DNA from: Raillietiella orientalis
Taxonomy: Eukaryota
Direction of reading: 5' to 3'
NCBI GenBank assembly: GCA_036172245.1
Contig: JAYWIR010000003.1
Location: forward strand, 4,216,001-4,280,000
DNA: 64,000 nt
Under the pieces are notes generated by a model. The model made no database searches and was not told where the DNA came from. It was given only the letters and a program-made list of their open reading frames with translations. Numbering within the stretch: position 1 is the stretch's first letter; every line of letters starts with the position of its first letter. Positions 50,101 through 61,299 of this stretch are shown piece after piece. Both the position numbers and the translations under genes were made by a program.

Positions 50101-51768
50101 CGTTCCGGCAAAGGGGATGGCGGAGGAAGCTCCCTTCCTTCCTTTCTCCCTGCTTTCCGCTGTGTCCACAGCCCCACATGACTGGGGGATTGTCTCGGGT
50201 TCCCTGCGGGAGGAGAGATCCATCTCATGAACGCTCTCCATCCTCGCAAGAACCTTTGGAAGGAGGGGGAGCGATTACCGTCCCCCTTTTTCTCCTCTCC
50301 TTCTGCTCCCTCCCTCCCGGATCCCGTGGCCATTTGGAGAGCGAGGAGGGAGAGGGAGAAGGGGCGGGCGTGGGTGTACGTCCGGGAGGTTCTTTCCCCT
50401 TTCCTCCCGCCCACCTGTTCGCGGGGTAAGGCGGGAGGGAGGGGAGGGGGGAATGTCGCGGACGCGCCGGAAGGCGGCGGGGTCGGGAGGTCGCCGCCGT
50501 GGTCCCGCTGGAAGGGAGTGGTCGGTCGCCCGGCACGCGCTCGCGAAGGCCGCGCGCGCGATGCACGTGCCGGGCGGCCGGCCGCGCACTCCTCCCGGAA
50601 CTCCCGGACTTCTTCGCCCCCGCCGACGGATGTTTTTTACTGCCGCCTCGGCGAGCGTTGCCCCGGGAGACGCTCCGTCTTAATCGCTTGTAAATAAGGA
50701 GCAGCCCGCGCTCCCTGACAACGCCAGGCGAGCGCCCGTTCCACCCGGATGCGCCCGGGGGACGTGCGCGCGCGCGTGGGGAGGGAGATCTCCCTCTCCT
50801 CCTTCGCCTCTTCCCGGACTCCTCCTCTGCTTCTTTCTCCTCCTCCTCCTCTCCCCCTCCCTTTGTCGCGGGGGAGACGAACTTTCCATCCATACGTCCG
50901 GAGCTCCTAGGCCGTCCACGGATCGGGGGCGAGAGCGGGAAGGGGGCAAGCGGAGAGGAATGGGGGAGCTTGCGGAGAGGCCCTCTCTCCTCACTCCTTG
51001 CCTTTCTCCTCCCCTTTCTCTCCCCCCCCCCCCGATCGATGCCCGTCCGTGCGCGCCACCGGGACGTCATCCCCACTGCAATTATGAAATATCGCGTTTA
51101 ATTATCCCGGGAGGGCCTCGCAATGCCGAAGGGAAGGAAAGAAGGAACGGGAGGAAGAGGATGAGGAGAGGGAAAAGCTCCGGGGGATGCCTCCCCCGCA
51201 GTGGGGTAGGAGAAGGAACTCCCTTAATCAGACCCGGGGACCCCTGGGGTCCGTCTCAAGGGCAAGGAGGGGGCTGGGAACGGGACGGTTTCGCGATTGG
51301 GGAGCCACCCTCAAGGTAGCCTCCCGGGATGCACCTCTCTCTTCGGCATTCCCTTCGGATAGCTCTCCTCCCGGAGAAACCTCCCTGAGGGTCCCTTCGC
51401 CCCGGTCCTCCCGGTGCCCCGTGAGCGGTAGCGGCTGACCGCCGCTTCCCCCCTCCCCTACTCGATGAGGGCTTCTGGATAAGGTCGGGGGCTCCGCATC
51501 CGGGAAGGGAGCCGAGGGCTTCCCGTCGCTGCCCCGTTCCCCGAAAAGCAGGCCCTTTCCGGGAAGGGCTGCGGTGGGGCGGGGAGGCTTCCGGCCCTTG
51601 CTGGGAAGAGACTCCGGGGAGAAGGTTCACCCCAGAGAGAGAAGAGGAGACGCTGACCTTCTTCCATAAAAGGCATTCGGGGAGGGGGACGGAGGAACCG
51701 TGGCCGCAGCTCCCCATAGGATCTACCCCGGGGTGAAGAGCGGCGGTGAAAGGGACGAGGGTCCTCAT
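45706..51768 (-). CDS. ham: hamlet/MECOM(EVI1)/PRDM16-family zinc-finger transcription factor, paralog B. Spliced model join(51768..51658, 47780..47676, 47601..47439, 47360..47294, 47152..45706), about 630 aa
   Basis: Same EVI1-type fingers and PLDLS motif, GT-AG introns with phases 0,0,1,2 matching paralog A, PR-like segments GSAEWM...[21 protein letters not shown], and AATAAA about 105 nt after the stop. The first coding exon is tentative; translation could instead start at ATG 47780. Confidence 0.8.
47294..47360 (-). CDS. ham: Paralog B exon carrying the first half of finger 1
   Basis: Acceptor gtttcccag|, donor ag|gtgaga. Splicing rebuilds [22 protein letters not shown] (C-x2-C-x12-H-x4-H), with the intron at the same position as in paralog A. 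Confidence 0.87.
47439..47601 (-). CDS. ham: Paralog B exon with the C-terminal PR-like segment
   Basis: Acceptor ctgcag|, donor gag|gtaacg. [17 protein letters not shown] resembles the PR consensus IYYRVxxDIxPGEELL. Confidence 0.75.
47676..47780 (-). CDS. ham: Paralog B exon with the central PR-like segment
   Basis: Acceptor gttccccttgcag|, donor aag|gtaaag, 105 nt open. Encodes [35 protein letters not shown]. Confidence 0.72.
47900..49800 (+). mobile_element. Decayed L1/Tx1-like ORF2 5' part, antisense within a paralog B intron, interrupted by a minisatellite
   Basis: [25 protein letters not shown] (YAPN..R..FF..IIxGDFN-like) and [11 protein letters not shown] (WKxNxSLLxDxxF-like) occur in order. 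Confidence 0.45.
48589..48770. repeat. 22-bp minisatellite, about 8 copies (CATTGTTGGGATACTCGCGAGG-like)
   Basis: Units start at 48589, 48611, 48633, 48655, 48677, 48699, 48721 and 48743. Confidence 0.9.
51658..51768 (-). CDS. Paralog B candidate first coding segment (within exon 51889..51658)
   Basis: Acceptor ctctgcccgcag| at 51890, donor aag|gtcagc in phase 0. [37 protein letters not shown] ends near a Trp as the PR first-half exon does, but similarity is weak. Confidence 0.45.
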
Positions 51769-52039
51769 CGCCTCCCTCCCTCCTTCCCCCTTCCGGGGGA
51801 GGCGGGGGAGGGGAGTTTTTTCCCGTCTTCCTCCTCCTCCTCCTCCTCCCGGCTCCACCCGCGTGGGTGGGTGAAGGGCGTGGGTGGGCCTGCGGGCAGA
51901 GCGCAGGAGAGCCGCGAGCGCCGCGAGGCGGGAGAGCAGCGACGCTTACCTTCGGGGACGCGGCGGCGGGCGCGGTGTCCTCGGCGGCGGCGGAGCTCCG
52001 TGGCAACCGTCTCTGAGGGGATGGGCAGTCCGGCTGCTT

Positions 52040-52145
52040 CCTTAAAAGGCACTGAGCGCGGGAGGACAGGCGGACGGTCCGGCGCGGCGGGGCCGCCAAT
52101 CACAGCGCGAGCAACACGTAAGCCAATTAGACGGGAAGTTGATTA
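52040..52145 (-). promoter_or_regulatory. Candidate promoter of paralog B (first exon about 52053..51950)
   Basis: Arthropod-type Inr TCAGT near 52051-52055, two CCAAT boxes (about 52096 and 52123), strong donor aag|gtaagc at 51950. Confidence 0.55.
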
Positions 52146-54879
52146 ACGTGATGGCATCCGCCCCTCAGGCCCCGCCCCCCACGTGCGGCTGCCGCTACCG
52201 CCACCACTGCTGCTGAGGCCAAGGGTAGGCGAGGAGGACGCCAGTGGAGCCGTCGCGAAGAGGGGTGGTCCTCAGGGGCGGACGAGTCAAGGAGGATGCG
52301 GGAGACGAGGAGGAGGCAGACTCCTGAGTTGGCAGAGTCGCGCGCGGCTGCTGCGGTGCCACCTCACCTTCTGTTCCCCTCCTTTCTCCCATCACTTCTC
52401 CTCGTACTGGGCCTCGGAGCGAACCAGCAGCCCCGGCGGACTCTTCGCCCGAAAGCGCCTGCCAGCGCGCCAGCCCGTGGAAGCGGTGGGAAGGCGAGGG
52501 GGAGCAGACAAGAGGAAGGAACACGAGTGCTCGGAGAGGGACGACTCAGGAGCCACACTTGTCGCCATCCGCGACCTCAACCAAATCGATGGGGGAAGTC
52601 TGGAGCTACGGGGGCCGCGGCCTTTCCGCGGCGGCAGAGGCGCGTCCAGCGTCGGCATCTACCGGCGAGTGGAACAACTAAGGGAGCGGCAAGTTGGTTT
52701 CCTTGCTCTCCCCCTCGCTCCCAGTCTCCAGATGTCGGAGAACCCCGGGGGATCTTCGTCTCTTCCATGTGATTGCGCGCTTCTCGGACGACTCCCCTCC
52801 GCCTCCTGTCCGATCCTTCTTCCGTTGGACAGCCATCGCTCGCTCCGATGTGGCTGCCACGAGTCATCTACCAGCAGGAAGCCAAACTCTGCGCGGGAAC
52901 AAGTAGAGGGAGCGAGTGAGGCGTGCGTGCGGCAGATCCGAGGGTGCTCCTCCTGCCCGCCCGTCTCGGGTTTCCGGCTGCAAGAAGCAGTCGGGGGCTC
53001 CGGTAGGCGATGAAATCTTCGTGGCGGGTCACGTCGGCATGATGGACGACCCCTTGTCCCTTCCTCCCCCCCTTCCCCTCCTGCTGTCCCCTCCCCCCGT
53101 CTCTCACTCTTTTTTTTGCCTTTTCCCACTCTCTTTCTGCCTCTCTTTTTTCCCGGAGCAGAGGGGTTTCCACGGGAGCGTGGAGAACGGGAAGGTCAGA
53201 CGATGGATGGGAATGTGGACTTTCCTCCGTAGCCCGGGGGCGTGGGAAAAAAAGAAAAGAAAAGAACCGAAGAAGAAGAGGAACGCGGGCAGCATCCACT
53301 CCGCGAGCAGCCGCCGTCCATCAGGCGCGTCCGTCCCTCCACCGCTGCGCGCGTCCAGTGCTGCGTGCTTGGTGGGGGTCGACGGCAGCCGCCCCGCCCC
53401 ACTCACCGCCGAGGAGGGAAGCCCCTCCCCCTCCTCTCCACTCAGAGGAGGGATACGGAGGCGGAGGAAGGGCTGTGCGGGCACGTTCCTTCGTCTAGCG
53501 CGATCCGCGCGATTCCCGGGCACGAGCAAGCGAGTGTGGACCGCGGTGGTCTCTCGAAGGTGGCTCCATCCTTTCCTTGGAACAGGAAAAAAGGAAGAAG
53601 GGGAGCCGAAGGAAAGGGCATACTCATGTTGGGGCCGGACGTTAACCTGGAAGAGGGCCGCGGTTCCTTTCCACGGGAAGGATCGATGTTCTGGTGCCTC
53701 CGCGAAAGAAGATTCTCAACCCGTTCTCTCCGCCCTCTCCGAGGTCAGGAAGGCCCTACTCCAGGTACCACAGCCTCCTCGGGGAGGGACTCCTGGAATA
53801 CAACGGGAGAAGGAACGCAGAGCTACATCTCAGTCCCCTTCCCTGCTGCTCCCCCCGTTCCGATCCATGCCGGAGCGCGTCCACAGAGCGAAGGCCTCGT
53901 CTTTCCCCTTCAAGAGGGTACTCTTGGGCCTCGCCCCCTTCTACTTCGAAGGAAATGGGACTCCACGATGTGGTCTCTCCTACTGATAGTCAGAAACTAC
54001 AAACTGTCCTGACTGCCCCGCAGCTATAAATGGAACTGCCCTCACTCTTGTCCTCGTTCCTTTCCCTTCTTCCCTACCCAGTTTTCTCCCAACATTCCAG
54101 ATAGGAGGCAGCAGGAAGGAACGGTTTTGCCTGAGTGGTTGGGCACACGGCACTCCACATCAGAAAAGGGGGAGGGAGGGGACAGCCGGGAACCGGAGAA
54201 GAGATGGGAGTCGCTCCGCTACGGTCAGTCTCCGGACCGTCACGATGCCATCTGTACCACAGAGGAGTGTGCACAGATCTCCACTCATTCTTGAGGGAAC
54301 GCAAGAACGTTCGACGGAGGAAGACAGGGAGAGGGCAAGAGATAGCTCTTCCTCAAGGATATCCTCCCAGTAGACCAGTTCAGCTGAGGTTCCGGAGCTC
54401 AGAGGACGACACAGAGTTTGACCACCTTCGGCAATGAGAAATGCCCGTGGAAGTTAGGGAAGACTCCACGATACGATCATTCTCGTAGGAAGACAGGAGC
54501 CAGGAACCGCCGTGGATCGTCCACAGCTATGAAGAGAACTACAATGGACTGCTCTATCTCTCGATGAGCGCTAGGAAGGGAAAGAGAAGTTTCCCAGGGT
54601 TCCGAGAAAACGCAGGTCAACTGCTGCACGTCCGCCACTCCTTACTCCCTTCATGAAGAACAGGAAAAGAGCCAAGACAACTCCTAGAGGGCGCAGCTCC
54701 CGAGGAACGGGAGCTGCGTCCTCTAGGAGACAACGCTCCAGATTGCAGCCGGTGTTTCTCATGGGGGTGGGGAATGCCCTAGAGAAAAGAAAGGGGGTAG
54801 CGGAGACCTTCAGCAAGGGCGTAACTAAGCCATCAGGTGCAACCATGGGAAACCAACAGCTGGGAAACGTCTCAGATCC

Positions 54880-55055
54880 TCAGGTTCTGTAAATAGAATA
54901 CTTCCGACTCCTCCAGTTACAAATAGAGCTTTCCTGGCTGTTCTTTCGTTATAGACAGAGCTGCCTTGGCTTCTTCTCAGCTATAAATAGAGCTGTCCGA
55001 ACCCTTCACAGCTATAAATAGAGCTGCTCTGGCTTTGTGGCGGTTACAAGAGCTC
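54880..55055. repeat. Degenerate 30-32 bp tandem repeat with core CAGCTATAAATAGAGCTG, 5-6 copies
   Basis: Cores at 54887, 54917, 54949, 54981 and 55012. Confidence 0.8.
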
Positions 55056-55799
55056 ATGCACTCCGAAAGGCAGCCGGAAATCTCTTGCACACCGAAGACA
55101 ACACGATGGTTCTTAAGTGTCTTGGAAGAACGCCGCTTTAGGAAAAGGCTACTGGGGAAGGGATACGTGCAAAAATCACGAAGTAAGGAGGCCGAGTTGG
55201 CGCTCGCTACGATTCCGCCTCACAGGGTGGCTTGAGGCAAAACCGTCCAGGAGTCTCTCTTTCGGCAGCCGCCAGACACATCTTGTGAAGGGACATCTGC
55301 GGCTGCTTTGACTTTCCGCAAATCAGGAAGGGTCATCAAGCGGACCTCGCCCAACGCGTGACCCGATCTTTCTCCTGCAATGCACCGGTCTCCCTAACTT
55401 TGCGTTTCGCCTGCGGCGACGTTCTTTCCCACCTTTCATCGTGCCGCCGCTCGTGGAAATAGGGGGGAGCGTCAGAAGTTGGCGGGATGAGGGAATAAGG
55501 AAGTTGCGGTAGGCACTGCAGCGGCTGCGGGCAGCTCCAGGCAGAGAGGAGGCTGCCGGAACTCCGTCTTCGGAACCGGCCTTTTTCCTACCTAGATCCG
55601 CTCGTCACCGAGGGGACGGCAGCACGTGCCCCACCTCACCCACCACCCAGCAGGGAAACCCCTTCCCCTCCCCTCTCCCCTGAGGTGGAGAAAGGTGCGG
55701 GCGGTTGTCACCTGCGCCCACGCACCACCCTCCCTCCGCTTTCTCGAGGGTCTGTCCTTCCTGTCGGAGGGCGCTCTGCACCCGATAGCAGGGTGAAGG

Positions 55800-57050
55800 G
55801 GTCGCGTGGGAGTCTGAGGGGAGAACCAGGAAGGGCACAAGGGGCAAACAACTGCTCTGCGTCCCTCAAAAATGGTTTGGGAAGTGGAGTATGCTGAACA
55901 GCTTTGCAGCTTCCTGGACGATCCCCTCCTCGTCGACTGGAACCCTCTTCCATCCTTTTTCTTGCTTCTTCCGCTGGATGTTGCCCCCGACCACGGGCTG
56001 CTCTCGGAGGGCTCTTGAAGAATCTCCCGCAGCTGGGGTCGGGTGGCAGCAGTGGCAGCACCAAGATGGGAAGGTTGAGCAAGCTGAGAGCAATGCTCCC
56101 GGAAGCTCCGAGGCTGTCCTTGAAAACCCCAGACGGCCCTAACAGGAAAGCTCTTCCCGAAGATCGTCCGGAGATCCTTCTCGAGGTCGTGGACACTTTG
56201 TCCTTCGGCATCTCAACGACCTTACCAAGCTTTCCCCGTTTCTGGACGGCTTTCCAGAGTCTCCACCAGTGTAAGCGAAAGGGTAGTGCGAAAAGGGCTC
56301 TCCGAAGATGATTCCTGAGTGACCACCGAGGGAGATGCTGGAGACGGAGCATAGAGCCGGATGGGAGACCAAAGAGCTCCACTTTGATCTTAGCCAAAGG
56401 GCCGAGAAGCTCCTGTGCTGTCTAAGGGTCTTCTTCTCTCAAGGACCGGGCAGAGGGTGGCTGGATTTTCTCACTTGCTCGGGGGACACAAACGGTGCCA
56501 ACTGGAGTCCCGGGTCTCCGCTACCTGCCTCGAGCTCGTGTTCGGTTCTCTGGCCTCGGAGTTCTAAGCAACCGAGTCGCCAGTGACCTCACAAGGCCTT
56601 GAAACCGAGGTCTCGGACGGCTCAAAACCACCTTCCCTTAAGCCCTGTCTTTTCGATTGCGTCATCACCCACAGATGCTGACGGGTGAAGAAAGCGCCAG
56701 GCAGCTGCTCGAGTCGCTGTCGGATTCGTCTGCGTTGATTTGCCATCTGGCGTTTCCTCGGATCATTAGAGCAGTGAGAAATTTGTCCATCAGATGGAAG
56801 TCCGAACCGAGCCACACTGCCCCAGGCTGGCAGACAGTAGTTATCCTCAGCTCCTTGCAGCGGAGAGCCAAGTCCACTCGACGTATCACTGATGAGCTGA
56901 ATGGATCACTAATCCTGAATGTGGTCCGTGTAGCGAGTGTGGCTCCTCCCCAATTTTCTGCGTTCAAGAGAGGCTGGTGGCCATCAGCATCTCTCGGGTA
57001 AGAAGACCGAAGTTCCTTCCGCTCCCAGAGGCCGAAGGATGCGTGCCTTG
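55800..57050 (-). mobile_element. Probable decayed non-LTR RT fragment hosting the second U2 insertion
   Basis: RGNARWQINADES...RQGLREG and SIALSLLNLPILVLPLLPP resemble RT and post-RT segments; similarity is weak. Confidence 0.35.
56380..56410 (-). pseudogene. 3'-truncated U2 snRNA retrocopy (about nt 4-33) with target-site duplication AGCTCC (56375-56380, 56408-56413)
   Basis: Reverse complement GCTTCTCGGCCcTTTGGCTAAGATCAAAGTG matches the U2 5' end with one substitution. Confidence 0.88.
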
Positions 57051-57099
57051 CTTGCAAGGGAGCTTTTCAGTTTCCAGGAAGGATGCCGGTCGAATCCTG

Positions 57100-58530
57100 G
57101 AAGCATACCCGAATGTTCCTGGAAAGGAAAAGCCAGAGGGAAGGCGGAGTTGCCTACAGAACCGAGAGGGGATTCCCAGCTGCTCTCGGGATGCTCTGCA
57201 GTCACAACGAGCGAACTCCGGAGACGTGCGCGCTAGAGTCGCTGCAGACTTTCAGCTTTCGCGCGCCACCTCCTAGATGTTCCCCCTTCTCTCCCTCCTC
57301 CCACTTCCTCGATCTTCCGCCGATGTCTCACGTGATGTCGAATCCCTTCGCCTCTCCGCAGCGAAGGGAAGGCACGGAAGGAACGTGTGGTTTCCCCCGA
57401 GCTCGTTTCACGTCACCGGGAATTAACTTTTTACTGGGTGCTGATGGTTATCTCCGCGGCGGCCAATCGATCCTTGAGCTCCCGGGGAGCAGCCGTTCGC
57501 ATCCCGATCTGCTATCGCCTGCTCGCAGTGTTTGCGTTTCCTGCTCTCCCAGAGGGGTGCGGGGGCAAACGGCGGAGGCACTGTAAAGCCAGGTTACGGA
57601 CGGATCCGGCTCATTCCCGCCCTCGGCGGGCGAACCCATCTTCCACCTTCCCGTTGCTAGGAAGCAACACCGGCCGTTCCAGAGGGGGAGAATCAAGAGC
57701 GCGAGCCCCGGAGCGGTCTACGGCCCAGGCGGAAGACGCCGTGCGGGAAGACTCCCGCGAGTTCCGATGCGCCATGCCGCGACAGGGTCTCGTGAAGTGC
57801 CGCCGAAGCTGGCCGAGGGCGCGGCGGCGGGGAGGAGCTAACGGGAGCCAAGCTCTCGAGCGCTCGCGGAGCGGCGCCACGGAGATGAGAGGTCGTGCGA
57901 GATCGCACGAGATCGACAGCCGAAGGGTTTCACGCGCCCGACAGTCCGGTCTGGCTGGGGTCGCGGTCTGCCCTCCTCCGTGCTGCGGCTGGCGAGAGCG
58001 AAAGTTGCGATGTCAGCCCTTTCGTCGTTTGCGGGCCGCAGCTACCTTAGTACCTTCGGGACGCTTCCCTTCCCGACACCGCACCGGTCAGCACGGCTGC
58101 AGAGTCGAACGTGCTCTTCGAGGGAAGCCCAGCGGCCCATCTGCTAGCCACGGTGGACAGTGGGGGCAGAAGGCAGAGCCTCTGCCTGCCGCTCTCAGAG
58201 TGGTGCAGAAGACGAGGAGCTTCGGAGACTTCGGTTGAGACTTGCCACACCCACGCCTCACTTCGGACCGTCCAGGCGGCGGGAGGCGAGGCGCGCCGTG
58301 CAAGAGAAGGCGCCTCGAAGCAGCATGCTTTCGGACCTTCCTCCGAGCTCCAGAGGGTTCCAGCCGCCGTACAGAACCTGCCCTATTGAAAAAAGGGGCA
58401 GGTAGGCCCTCCGAAGGACCATCGGACCTACGCAAGGACCGGAGGCTTCTAGACGACGACGACGACGACGCGAGAGGACTCTCCGGCTGTCCCCTGCGGA
58501 TCCTCCTCCTTTTCACCCTCCCGCCAATGT
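57100..58530 (+). mobile_element. Decayed L1/Tx1-like RT fragment
   Basis: TCGFPRAR..INFLL (QxGFxPGR-like), YRLLAVFAF, NPSSTFPLLG and FRTFLR...LLKKGAG in order. Confidence 0.45.
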
Positions 58531-58699
58531 AGAAGGAACGGCATGGCCCCTGCAAGAGAAGAAGGGGGAAGAGAGGAAATCGCGAGTCCACCCTAGCGGC
58601 ACCGCAAAGTCCAGGCGCTTTCGAGAGGAGCGATGGCAGTGTTTCCCTGTCAACCGCTCTTGAAATGCGTCGAAGAGCGAATGGAAAAGGGCGCAGCCG

Positions 58700-59700
58700 C
58701 CGAGAGAAGACCCTGAAGCAAATTCCTTCGCGCCTCCTCGGAGCACCCCTTCCGGAGGCAGCGGGTGGACTCTCCGGGAAGTCCTGCTCTCTGGGCGCGC
58801 GCCGACCATCGCCTGCGGCGCGCTTCCTTCCTACCCCGCGCTCGCGAGGAAGGGAAAGCGGCCTAGAATGGCCGACGCTGAGGGCCGTGGGGATTGGGCG
58901 GGTACACCTGCCAGCGCCCACCTACTGTTTTAAGCGTGGTCAGCTGCTTCAGCCTCCTCTCCGTCCCCCAGAATAGCGGTAGCAGCAGGCGGCCGAGGGT
59001 GTCGAGAGAGGGGTAGCTGCTCCTCAGGATGGCCGTCGCCGTATGCACGCAGAGCTGCAGCCGCCGCAACAAGCAGGTCAGCTGGGCGACCGAATCCTGG
59101 AGGTTTAAACGGGGCCTGTCAGCGTCTCGTCCAGCCCATCCGCCACCCCTGCGTGGCGCGGAAGCTCCAACAAGAGAGGACCCGGGTTTGTCCGGCTGCT
59201 GTTCCTTGCAGCTCCCTGCAAGAGGTAGAAGGACGCATCTCTGTGGTGCGGCGTGGGAGGAATCTGCCGCCGCGACGGACGCAACGGTCCTCCAGGTGCT
59301 TCGCTTTGAGACCATCAGGTGAAAGCGAAGGAGATAGCACATCAGTAAGCGTCATCAGGGTGGACACCTCGGTTTTTTGGATCAGCCGACATCTTCGAGG
59401 AAGCTGTTTTTTTTCTGGAGAAGCATCGGACACGGCGATGAGAGGAGGGGAGGGGGGAATCATAAGAAGAAAAAAAGAACAAAGCAGAGGAATGGAAAGA
59501 GATGAAGCAGCTGAGAAGGCAACCTGCTGCAGCATCCGCGTTCCAAAACCATCCGGGCACCCAGAGAAACTCGATGCACATGAATGCGCAAATGACCACC
59601 AGTTCGATCCTGCCGACGCAGATGGGGTCCCAGCGGCTGCCCATCGCGGTGTAAAGGGGGCGTGGGAGCTGGAGCCTTCCGAAGGGTCGGTTTTCGGTCC
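58700..59700 (-). mobile_element. Decayed L1/Tx1-like RT/post-RT fragment
   Basis: LDTLGRLLLPLFWGTERRLKQLTTLKTVGG resembles the IDxxxxxFFWxG...LPKxxGG segment. Confidence 0.45.
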
Positions 59701-61299
59701 CTCAGGAGTGTGCGACCTCTCTTCTCCGTGGTGCCCCTCCGCGTGCGCTCGAGTGCTTGGCGCCCGTTGGTTCTGTTCCGCCGCTGTGTCCCCTGCCAGC
59801 TTCTACAGCACTTTCGATCTTCACGAGAACCCGTCGCAGCATCGCGCACCGGGTCTTGGCTCATATCCGTGTCTTCGACTTATCTTCGGATTTGCGCTCA
59901 TTTCATCCACTCATGGAGATTCCGCCGCGAGGTATTGGCCGAGAGTGGAGGAGCGGTGACTGCAGCAGCTCCTCGGGATGTTCTCTGTTCTGTGGGAGAG
60001 AAGCGCATGGGGGTCGTGGCTTCCTAAAGGTGACAATGGAAGGCAACCCAGGGCTGATCGGCAAGCAAAAGAAGGTGCGAACGGGAAGAGGGGAGGCGAT
60101 GACCCGAAATTAGCGCGCGAGGAGAAGAGAAACCGGCCGCTTCTTCCGCGAGTCACGTGTCTCTGCCAAAGAGGGAAAAAAGGACTCCTTCCGCCTGTAG
60201 TCCGCTCCCGCAATCCAGTTCGATGCGAAGACGTATCCCAACGAATGCAGGACTCGACGGCAAACTGATTGCCGATGGACATGACCGACAAGGTCGAGGA
60301 ATAGCTCACAGAGGCGTTCCGTCCATTCCTTCTTCTCCACATAAGCTTCCTTGCCGCTGGAAGGTTTCAGAGAAACCTCGGACGCCTGTCACAGCCCATC
60401 TCCATCCGGCCCCTAAAAGACGAGTCGTTTTAACAATGGTGAAGAGAGACAGGAGTCTAAGTCTGTCAGCCTAAGGAGGTCGCAGATAGCACAGCAACGG
60501 GAAACTCTATGATGTCCTTCAAGCGGCAGCACTGTTTCCGCAATGAAGTCTCCTGCGCAACGCCTACCGGTGCCAGCTGACCAGGGAGAGAGTCTCCTCT
60601 GAGCGGTCTGCCACGCGCGGGAGGCAGATCAACCCTTTTCCGCAGCTGCTGCCGGTACTGCAGTGCCCTTCGTCGCGGGCGGACCTGTCTGGCTACTGTC
60701 ACAAGAAGGAAGGAACCCACAGGGCACCAGCTCCGACGCCCTCTCTACGCCGTGATGGACAGTCGCTGCGCCCGCCACCTGAGCCCAGTGGGATCGAACT
60801 GGCACGTTTTTCAAGGACGGGGAGGAGAGAAAGGCACCTCAGCTGACCATCTCGGCTGTGGGTTGGGACGATCCCGCCTGCGAGGCGGAGGGAAGGACGC
60901 AGAGCACATCTCCAGAGAGGCGCAGCAGAGGTGAGAGCACAGAAATTGCCCGTCACCTCCCTCTCTCCGCCCTCACAACTTGCCCTCCCCTTTTTGCTTT
61001 TTCTTTTCGGCTACAGCAGCAGCAGCATTATATTGGTCAGTCAGGTCATCAGCTCATCTCTGTGTCGCCGTTGTTTGATCATCATGTCTTGAGCTCATGT
61101 CTCGTGTCATCGGCTGATCTCCATGTTGTCGATATCCAGGTCAAATACTTGTCCCCCGGCATTTCCTCGTTGCCCGAGTGGATGTCACGGGTTCGTGGGG
61201 ACTGGACTGGTAGCTCGTCGGGACGTCCTTACGCTGCCGCCGACCTCGCCTGTAGCCCACCTTGGCACCATCGACGCCCTTTCTGGGAACTCTCCCTTC

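Noticed and set aside
50680..50994. Possible PR first-half exon for paralog B ([16 protein letters not shown])
   Set aside because: No convincing in-phase donor before the stop. The exon at 51889-51658 has better splice sites.
17450..53250. Scattered Su(H)-type sites (CGTGGGAA/CGTGAGAA)
   Set aside because: Few, unclustered and not clearly above chance in this composition.
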